Of a stretch of 58,793 nucleotides of DNA, positions 11,601 to 56,319 are shown piece by piece (the first letter of the stretch is position 1; each line of letters starts with the position of its first letter). The stretch lies in assembly GCA_900617105.1 (NCBI GenBank), contig UYFQ01000660.1:1-58793 (forward strand). The letters are read 5' to 3'. Source of the DNA: Hydrurus foetidus. Taxonomy: Eukaryota. The notes under the pieces were generated by a model that did not search any database, was not told the DNA's origin, and worked only from the letters and a program-made list of their open reading frames with translations. Both the position numbers and the translations under genes were made by a program.

Positions 11601-14600
11601 GTTTAATTTTATCCCTGGAATATTTTGCAATCTATGTTACTGTACTGTTCTAGTTGTCTATAATCCTGTTCATTTTATTTCTTTGCTTCTTGCTCTGTCA
11701 GCAATTACTTTACTACTATTTCATATCAATGATATTTCAATAATACAAATAAATTACACTCCCCTCCTTTTCTTATCTACATATTTCAGGCGCAGTGTTG
11801 ATGCTTCTACTAGCCCCATCCACTGCAGCAGAATTAGCAGCAGGTGGACTTGATATTGTTCAACTAAACCACTGGCTGAATAGTGCCCAAAATATTGAAA
11901 CGAAAAATCTACAGCCTAATACAGTACGTTCCAGTACGGGATCAGCCCAATATTTTGAATCCATTTCTGGAAGATTAGAGGAGTATAAAAGTAGATTGGA
12001 ACTCGCTATCGCTAACGGACAGTTTGACGATGATGGAGGGAAGGCTAGTGAAGATGAAAAAATGGGAGACGAGTGGAGTGCCATGATGGCCGATGGAGAG
12101 AATAGCGATGATAGGAAGAGGGATCGGAGAGATGAGAATGAGGGGTCTGATCGAGGGTTCCATGATGACTCCATGAGAGTGACGGACGACTACGATGGTG
12201 ACTCACTAACATATTGTCTGACTGTTGCGCTCAATGACTGATACACTGGCTGACCGACACACTGACTGACTGACACATTGTCTGACTGTTGCGCTCATTG
12301 ACTGATACATTGTCTGACTGGCTGACCGACCGACACACTGACTGACTGACACATTGTCTGACTGGCTGACACACTGACTGGCTGATACATTGTCTGACTG
12401 GCTGACCGACCGACACACTGACTGACTGACACATTGTCTGACTGGCTGACACACTGACTGGCTGATACATTGTCTGACTGGCTGACCGACCGACACACTG
12501 ACTGACTGATACATTGTCTGACTGGCTGACTGACACACTGACACACTGAATGACTGACCGACTCACTGACTGACTGACACTGACACAATGACTGACTGAC
12601 ACATTGTCTGACTGACACACTGATTGACTGACTGACACACTGACATACTGATCGACACACTGTCTACCACCCATCTCAACAAATCTTACCACTGTCGATC
12701 GAATTGTAACATACTCTCTCATTCTTTGTTCCACGCACTGACTTTCCAATTTACATCCACTCTTTATACGATACTACAAACTTCTGATGAACTTTCGAGT
12801 ACGTCATTATTCACTTTTAAGTTATCATCACTTCTACTAGTCTAATACTAACGCATTTTTATTTTTATTTTTTTTCTATAGTTGGAGATGATGACGAAAG
12901 TTCTTTGGATGATTTATACTCTTCTTCGCCACGATCTCTTTCCACCTCTTCCTCTACCTCTTCTACTTCTCAAGTCACTGGAGTAATTGAAAAAACGAAA
13001 ATGAAGTCTCAGAAACAACTAAATGCAATTAGAGATTTGCAAGAGCGATTACAATGTCTTTCTGATTTACTGAAAGGGCGCCCTTTCCGTATACCTAAAT
13101 CTGCCTCTTTTTTACAGAAAAAAATACTTGGTCAATTATATGATGAGATGGCGAAGAAATGCGAAGGCGATTTATCAAGGGTAAATTTCTCGAGAGTATT
13201 CAGTGTATTACCTCAAGCTTTGAGACAGCTTTTCGTCAATAGTTATCAAAGTTTGGTTTGGAATGATATAGCAGCAGAGAGATTTCAGAATAATAAACAC
13301 AATGGTGTAAGACTTTTAAGTGATGAAAATGAAAATAAAGATACTGAAAATTATAAAAAACTTAGTGTTATAGAATTAAAAACGATTTTGAAAGAAAATT
13401 CGTTAAAAGTCAGTGGGAAGAAGGACGAGTTAATTGCACGACTGATAATTTTTAATACAGAGAAGAACAGCGATAACAGCGATAGTATCAATGATAGCAA
13501 CAGTGAAAAAAATAGAAATAAAGGTAATAGTGTTAATGGAAAAGGAAATAGTATGGAAAGATTTCTTACCTCTGACACTGCAGTAGTTGGTGATATTGTG
13601 TTAGTCGACCTCCTAAAAACTCCCCTCACAGCATGGCATGTAGCAGCGCGTAATATAACACTGAACGGAAATCACATACCCCTCTGGTCAGTTGATGCTG
13701 GTAGCCCGAAGATCATAGCAGCCGCTCCAGTGGCGATAACTTCCAATACTCCGTATAATATGAATCCAAACTCTCCCTTCTATGCAGCTAAGATAAATTT
13801 AGATAATAGTGGAGGAAGAAACGATAGAGATAGGGGGAGGGGAGGAAGAGGGGAGCGAGATAGGGGGAGAAGAGGTAGTGAAGAGGAGGTGGATTCAGAT
13901 AGCAGTGAGGAGGTGCGAGAAGTCAGGGCCTGCTACCACATCATCACTAGGTAAGATAACGTTACATTCTATGTCATAACATACTGTGACGTGACATGAA
14001 ATAACATGACATTAATGACATGGCATGATGAAGTATAGCATAACGTGACTAGAGGCATAATATGATGTGACATAACGTGAGAATAATGTGACATAACAGT
14101 AGATAGCTCGTCATAATGTAACATAACACAACCTGTCGTGGCACTTCACCACCACACTTATCCCTGCTACATGCGCTGTCCGCAATCACACAACTCTTCA
14201 TAAGGAGGAATAATTGGTATGTTAACCATGAGTGACACATCCCTAAGAACGATGATAAGAACACCGAACAAGCTGTCAGCTTCAGTACATCGCATCATAC
14301 ATCATACATCATACACTTTTATTCCTATCTCTCATTCTCATCTATCTCTCATTAATCTCGACACAGAGATAACACGATAGCTGTCATCAACCAGTAACCT
14401 CTCTCACCCATTTCAAATTCAATTTCAGTGAGGACGAGAAGTCACGGCTGTATCCGGTTGAATCCATTATAGTGGCGCTGCCAGGCGCTTCTGCTTTTTG
14501 TCCACCTGGGGGATCCATGGTGCGTAGACTGGTCTCCGATAAAATGGAAGGTAAGAAATTCAAACTTCATCGTTGAAAAAATGAAGCTGATGCACTGAAG

Positions 14601-15691
14601 CTTGATGGGCAGAGGGAGCGGTAGAGGGAGCGGGAGAGGGAAATTTAATAATGCTCTTGCTGAGTGATCCTTCCAAAGTGCTCAACTTGCTTTCTGCACC
14701 ACCATATAAATGAAAAATATTCCATCTTAAAAACTTAGACTATTATCTGGTTAAAAATTCCAATTCTGAAATTTCTTCTAAGCCCTACATGTTGTATGAT
14801 GTTGATTCTACTGATTTGAACTGATGCCCGTTTAAGCGCATTCGATAGCATTAGTCATTGGGTGTCACACTAGTTCTAAGCAGTCTTACGTAAAAATAGC
14901 CCACACATCAAAGTCTTTCGTCTTGCAACTACTTACCCTCACTCACCCTGAAATCTTGGTCATTACCTCTCCCGTAAATAGTGCTGTTGTCCGGTACGCA
15001 CCAAGACAAGATATTTCGCCTACCAGGCGCTTACAGACATCTCGTGACCATCGCGAAGAACGTACGACTAGCAGCTGTACATACGTCCAGTAGCCAAGTG
15101 ACGCGTGTAAGTGACGATGTAGTTGAAACGAATAGCATTGATGAAGACATCGTGTACGATGACTGGTCGTACAGCCGACAAGGCGAGAAGAAAAGCAGTA
15201 CAGAAAGCAGACAGCACACACAATTAGATGGGAACAGTCAACCCGCACAGACCGTTACTGTGGAGCGCCCTGTGTGGCGTAAAATAGATCCCCAAAGGCA
15301 TCCCTCTCTGCCCCTTTCCCCCACACAGTCACTTTCACAGACAGGAACAGAGAAGGAGGCGCTAGGAGGAGAGTACCCCTTTAGTGCTGAGGTGGAGAAG
15401 ATGTGGGAGAGTGACATCATTCCCAAGATGCTCCACGACATCTACTCGGAATGTTCCACACCCGCACACGTGAAGAACATTGCATTGCTCCCCACATCCG
15501 TTACCAGAACAATCCAACCTAGTGCTAGTACGTCATCAGAACAAGAACAAGTGATGGGAACTGTTCCGACAGAAGGGTCTGACGTAGAAGGACTACGTAT
15601 AAGTTTTTCCCTGTGTGCGTCCACATATGCCACTACTCTGTTGGATCATTTGGTAGACACTGTAAACAAGAAGCATGCCGCTCAGCGCTGA
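8687..15691 (+). CDS. tRNA pseudouridine synthase TruD/PUS7 family with signal-peptide-like N-terminus and inserted SAP domain; about 11 exons (5' exons least certain)
   Basis: Motifs assemble across GT-AG introns: KTVPEDFI|VIE, SKEERTKFHQ, catalytic GSKDKR|ALTYQ (intron 10212-10948), LGDLSGNFFAITLR, FMNVFGVQRFG, LRQLFVNSYQSLVWN, IIVALPG (exon 14429-14550), LPGAYRHLV and FSLCASTYATTLL (exon 14982-15691). Confidence 0.85.
12210..12660. repeat. (ACTG)n-based composite minisatellite in a TruD intron
   Basis: Recurrent blocks ACATTGTCTGACTGGCTGAC, CGACACACTGACTGACTGA in a higher-order repeat; source of the spurious SVSQ/QCVS ORFs. Confidence 0.92.
13352..13450 (+). other. SAP domain inside the TruD CDS
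   Basis: YKKLSVIELKTILKENSLKVSGKKDELIARLI matches the SAP consensus (L.V.ELK..L...GL..SG.K.EL..RL). Confidence 0.85.
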
Positions 15692-16105
15692 GAGCTGTGA
15701 TGCTCACAGTGCAGTGTACTGCCTTCAGTTTAGGTCATGACAAATTATGGCTTATGCTGAAGGCTCAACACAATCGATAGAAAATGTAAATTATTATTGT
15801 ATTTTTTGTTTTTAATTTCGATTTAAAAAGAAGTCATTGTTACTAATAGTTCATGAGATACAACTCATACTCATCGATGATCTTAAATGACTGCGAGATA
15901 AACGCTGGTATGTCAGTGATACTACTTGAACAGAGGAAAGTAGGAAAAATGAAGAAGAAATAATTGTCTTTCCAACTAGTGGGGGTGAGACTTAAATTAG
16001 ATGCGTGTTCACGTTAAACGGAGCAAGATGACGCAAGTCCCCTGCTAGCAAAGAAATGCTGGGCATCCGATCATGCAGTCAGCAGAAATTGTCCTCTTTT
16101 CTTAA

Positions 16106-50762
<34,657 letters not shown>

Positions 50763-51756
50763 CACTTTCGATTAATTGAAGATTTGCAGCGTTATCATAT
50801 TATTTATCATGCTTCTGGCAAGTTTGTAGAATCAACGAATCGATTTCAACTGTAAAAGCAGAGTCATCGTGAAAAAAAAGACATCCACATGGCATAACAT
50901 CTCGATCTGTATCTGAACTCCAAACACACGAGAGAGGATCGATCTGAAACCGAAAGGTATTCCAGATTTTTGATCCACGGTCCACTCGTGTGGAATGTTG
51001 AGGGAGGGTTGCTCTGCAGATCTCTGCGAATGAGCGAAATACGTGAGAACATAGCCGCAAGCGAACCCTAAGCATAAAGAGGTACTTATTAAGGTACGTA
51101 CAATTAGATATTCCCCCAAAATACAATATTTACAGACTCGAAGATATACCTTTTGGAAGATTGAGTGCAGTTTGCAGAATGTTTTATTGAAGTCTTCTAA
51201 AAGGAATTCATTTATTCTTGCAGTTTACACCACATGCAGGCTCTCCAGTTGGATTCCAATGCGCTGCTGATGCCTGCATGAGAAAATGATTGCATAACAC
51301 TCGATATGTTGAGTTGGCAGTGGTGACCAAGGAGATCAAAGAGTTCTATCGAATAGATCGTCAGAGAATCGGCTGCATCAGAAGAGTCTTTTCATCAGCA
51401 ATTTCAATTGCATACTCAGTTAAAAACAGTAACACCTAACACGAAGAAAAAACCTAAATTTTAAAAAGGCTTTTATTAATTAAAAAAAATTAAAAATAGT
51501 TCAGTGCCCCATATATAGTAAACTCGGGGTGAGGGTTGGTTCAGTATTGTTCTGAAGAACCAGAAGAACCAACCTAGGTTATATTTCATCATTACAACGG
51601 TTACAACGGTTATGATTCACTATTTCTCTCTCGTCGCGCGTCTGCCATCATTCAGTGAGGTTGGGAAGCACTTAATGCGTATCAGAGCCCTCCAAGAACC
51701 TAAGCTGTGAAGAGCACCTGCGTCATTCTGCTGGCCAGCCAGGGAAATTAAAAATT

Positions 51757-52080
51757 ATGAGCAGCAACGGATTTTATGTAATACCTCCCCCATTCCCCGA
51801 TCCTAGACGATGGAGAGAGATGGCGAGAGATCAGAACTGTCATAAGAATTTTTTGTGGATGCAGTCAAGCTCATGTCAACATTTGTTTCCCATAGCTACA
51901 GCTAATTTGGAGGAGTTGAATCCACCCATGCCTTGCAATTATTACATGGAGGAACCTCCAGAACCTTGCGTCGATGATGAGTTTATTGAGACAGAGGTTC
52001 TACAATTAAATGATTTCTGGGCACAGAGGCTCTCGGGTACGATCAAAAGAATGAAGAAGAAGCAAAATAAGAAAGGCTAA
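51757..52080 (+). CDS. Small hypothetical protein (107 aa), divergent from HYDIN
   Basis: ATG in an A-rich context (AAAATTATG), non-repetitive protein-like composition, acidic patch followed by an amphipathic helix and a Lys-rich C-terminus. Confidence 0.65.
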   Translation: MSSNGFYVIPPPFPDPRRWREMARDQNCHKNFLWMQSSSCQHLFPIATANLEELNPPMPCNYYMEEPPEPCVDDEFIETEVLQLNDFWAQRLSGTIKRMKKKQNKKG

Positions 52081-53548
52081 AAACTCTGCCACTCATCAGA
52101 CTGTGAGACCACTTTATTTACTGTTCGTTATATCAAGACGAGATCAGCACTTTGTGATGTACACTTGAGTCAGCCATTACTAAGTAGTGTGTATGATTTC
52201 CCGTGATTCGGTTATTTACACTCATGTCGATTGGACGATTAATGCAGTATTATGACGATTCCACAGGAAAGTAAATTTGCGCTCTTATATTTGAGTAAAG
52301 CTGGTGACCTCGTCTGTAGACTGCAACGACATTGCTGTGCGTGATAAGCCGCTCTATTGACGACTGACATCCAGTCATTTCCACCAATCGTTCATCTTCA
52401 AGTTGTAACATTCAATCTTAGAAGCAGGATATAGTACAGTAGTAGTAGCAGATACTGGAAACGTTGTTCATAACATTTAGGATGCATGATTATGGGTGAA
52501 TCTTGTCTTATTGTCATAATGTCTTGCTTTTAAATCCAGCAACACCTATTTAAACTATGATATGGAGATTTAAAGGCTATTAAAAAGTTTTATTTACTTC
52601 AGCGAAATGTATCCAGAACTGTTCTGTTCTGTACGCAGTAAAGAATCAGTACAACATGCTGCATGATTGTTCTTCTCTGACAAATGAGTTGCTGTATGTA
52701 TCAATTCTGCAGTTTTTCATGTCATCAATGAGACAAAGTTGTTCATAGGAATGTCATCGTTTATGTGAAAAATTTGTTCTGAGGCTTTTATGAAATTGTT
52801 TGATTCCGCACAAATTCAATATTACGGTAGTGGCGTAAAATTCTATGGAGTAGATTTTGCTCCGTAAGAAGTTGCATTCGAATCTTTTTAGAATCTAGTT
52901 GTAATCTGAGACATTTTTTCAAATTGCAGCAAGGAACCGAGGCAGAAATGCCCGTACTTCGTATTTTTGAACGAGAACACTATGTAGTCTGTGCATGACT
53001 AACTGCATATACGAAATAATTCGACTCCGCGTACCATCCACCAGTTTCATCTTAACGTCACCTCCTCGAATCTTGAGAGCGCTTCCGATCATGGTCTAAT
53101 TTGCGCTGTAGTAACCCATACCGTAAGAATCCGTTGGGAAAGCTACCATGAATTCTAACATAGTATTCAAAATTGTTCTGCGAAGACTCATTCCGGAGAA
53201 AGTAGAAACAGGTGAGATATCGAAAGTGCCTCCACTTCTCTTTTTCGCACGATTAATATATACTAGTGCAGTCATCGTTTGCAGAATGTTCTCACGTTTG
53301 TAATATCCTTACAGGTGAATAGCTGCAAAAAAGTGACCCAGTGCATACCACAAAAGTCTTGTTTGTCAACGTACGTACTTATTAAATCACTTATGTGTGC
53401 ACCATTGACAAGGCAATATTTTGTAAAAAAGTAATTAAAGCGCTCGATTTTGCTCGAAATTATTCGCATTAAAATCGAAAGTATATTTTTCAGTAATCAA
53501 AATTCAGTTTCTCCTCTCCCTCTATGCAACTCCTTCATAAGGAACGAC

Positions 53549-54346
53549 CTAAACCTGGCTCTTCTTTGTTTGCTCCTTCACTTTCTCAACTGCCGTGGTG
53601 GCGGCTTTCTTGGTGGTTTCCACAAAATCGTACTGTTATATATACGAGTACGGGTAAGTGTTAACAATTATATTGACTATTCTTTTACGGATCCATTCAA
53701 AGTCACAGTATACGAAACAATGCGTTACAGTGATGAATACATATCCAATGTGATGTTTGCTGACCTTCGCGTTTAATTCCTCAACTTTCTCCAATGCAGC
53801 TTCTGATAGTGCAGCGGCAGCGATGGCAGCCTGTTTACCTTTGCCAATGATGTCAAATTCTGAGTTGATTTCTTTGATTTTCGAGAGGGTGTCGTTTACT
53901 GTCTTGGAGACTTTCTCGAAGCCCTCTGATTCACCCTCAGCAGATGATACTGCTTTGCCAACAGTTGAGGACACAGAGCCCGTAAGATCATACTTTGTAT
54001 TAAGTGTTGTCAAAAAGTTGTAGGATTCGATAACAGATTTTCCGAAGCCGCGTAGAGCAGTGCCAGCATCAGAGTCCTTCTTCGAAACGTAGTTGCTTAC
54101 AGCTGCAAGAAGCAAGGCAATAACTGGTCCACCCAGAGCAAAGCCCACAATACCTCCTGTCACTGCGGCGGCATTCTCAATGTTGGTTTTCTCAAGTGCT
54201 ACTAATCCAGTATTTTTCTTTGGTGCCTCCGAGAAAAGGCAAGGAGTTGACCTCGAAAATCTCGTTGCAAACCTTGTAGGTGCAACACTGAAACCTGATG
54301 CAACGCTTACGAAAGCAACGATGACTACGATGGAGATGCAGCGCAT
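53549..54346 (-). CDS. Plastid-targeted hypothetical membrane protein (221 aa); exons 54346-53765 and 53632-53549
   Basis: Signal peptide MRCISIVVIVAFVSVASG followed by FSVAP (ASAFAP-type) and an R/S/T-rich transit peptide. Gly-rich hydrophobic segment. A GT-AG intron at 53764-53633 gives in-frame LNAK|YDFVETT...SQV*. Confidence 0.85.
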
Positions 54347-55526
54347 ATTCGGAAATTTCGTGAAGCTGATTAAATATTGATGCAATGAAGAAAATCTCCT
54401 AACCGGTGACTAGGCTGTGATTGCGGATGCTATCGTGTGCAATGGTAGGCCACTTCGACTTGAATCACACGTAACATTGAAGACAACGTGCTTTTGATGC
54501 ACGTTTCGGGCACTGGATTTTTTTAAAACTCGATCTGGGGTCTTGAGGCGGATCTTCAATGAATTTCGAATTTCCAATTTTCGATCGATCTCTTGGTCGT
54601 AAAACTGCAAAGTCCTTTTTTTTGAAAAATCTCCAACGAAATCTGCCGCTGGTCGCTGGTTGCACAGGTTTACCTTACATTCTTATGCACACTTGAGATC
54701 TATCACTTTATGTTTCGGCGACACAATTTGCATGGCTTCCAACTCCAAATGTACGTTAGTTTCAATGCGATGGAATTGCTGATCTACTCCAGTAACTTTC
54801 ATGAGAAGTTTTACCAACCGCAACTCGCTTCAGATTTCGCTCCCGCAATTGTCAGAGCATCGAAATACATCACCCAGATTTCCGAAGCCTTGAATGACGG
54901 GATGCCTTGAAGGAGATTTTATCACCGAATTGTTCAGCTGTGTGCGGCTTCTGTTGTCGTCGCAGAATAAGATCTCCTATATTATTTGTCCTATGTCATG
55001 CATGTAATAATTTGTAAGAAATAACAAAGATTTCTACTGTTGTCTAATGGGCTGCCTAAATGACAGTAGAAAGCGGAAGTCCTCCGTCTCTTTTGGAAAT
55101 CTGGTATGGTAATTTTTTCCCCTCAAAATTTCAATTGTCGCATATTTTGGGTCAACGACAGCAGCAGGCATCATCACAAAAAAGGATTCATTTCCCTGGA
55201 AGACAATTATGGATACAGAGGCGGACAACTTAGCAATGCCGATGGAAATGTTACATCAGGCATCGCTTCCTGTTTTACGGAGTAATGTTCAACTATTTTA
55301 CTGCCACGGTTGCTTTTAAACCGTTTACAGCCAGATTCGGCCAGTGGCACAATCCGTTTAACGAAATCGTCGGGTTCATTGACTACAAAATTAAGGTTTG
55401 ATTATCTTGGCGTATGTAGACCCCTAAGCAGAATGCCTTCCTCTCATCATATTTTGAAATGACAAATTATCCTATATTTTACTCGAGAATCAGGCGAGTG
55501 CGACGGATACGTACTCAAAGGTACAG

Positions 55527-55925
55527 TGTGTCGGAATAACTGTGTGTTAAGTAACCGTATAAGTTATTACGTATGTACGCTTGATGGCGTTTCACCGTCG
55601 TGTGCTGTGTGGGGGTCGCTACTCCACACGGTCCAAGTTCCTCTTAACCCAGGAACATCGAAAGCAATGAAAGTACACCATGTTTGACTATGTAGGACAG
55701 CGCGATCTTGTCGGCTGTGTGACCTTGGAAGGCAAGAGAGAAGGGAAATCTAAAGGCTAAAAGGAGCTAGTTAGTTAGGGTTGAAGGCAGGAGGTACGCT
55801 AGTAACTTCTGCAAAGCAGCACAAACTAGCTAGTGACTGATAGTCGTGGCTGTGAACACGAAGGTACTAAGGTGGAAACAGCATCTAATCGGCTGAATGG
55901 GGTAGCAGACCCTGAGGGAGCCACA
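55527..55925 (-). repeat. Candidate 3' LTR (399 bp)
   Basis: The minus strand begins TGTGGC immediately after the PPT and ends GACACA (5/6 inverted repeat). The partner LTR is outside the window, so the left boundary is inferred. Confidence 0.6.
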
Positions 55926-55944
55926 CTACCCCTACTTATCTCTC
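55926..55944 (-). other. Polypurine tract (PPT)
   Basis: GAGAGATAAGTAGGGGTAG abutting the LTR TG. Confidence 0.65.
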
Positions 55945-56319
55945 GTTTTCTCATTTCTCTCTCCCTCTCCCTCTCTCTCGTTTGGTGAGTCTCTAGCTAC
56001 AGTGTGTAACAAAACAAATATGACTCAAGTGTGAGAAAGAAACAGCTGAAAAAGGTAATGAAAAAGAACATAAAAAATAAAATAAAATAAAAAAATAAAT
56101 AAAAAATCGAGAAATAAATACGTATGATACATACAGATATTTGTACATGTGAGAGATGGGGGAAGTGAGAAACGAGAGTGCCTAGATGTGTTGTAACTAA
56201 GTGTTCCCCTACACATTTATGTCAGATTTTTACTGACTAAACCTCCTGAAAAGCAACGTAACGTTGTAAAAATGAGGAGGAATCTTCAAAAGATAATGTG
56301 TAGGTCGTTCCTGGGGAAC

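Noticed and set aside
54700..55500. Short ORFs 54710-54910 and 55034-55228
   Set aside because: No recognisable domain and no convincing gene structure.
55575..55630. Ribozyme-like hairpins in the LTR
   Set aside because: Only short imperfect stems; no hammerhead CUGAUGA core on either strand.
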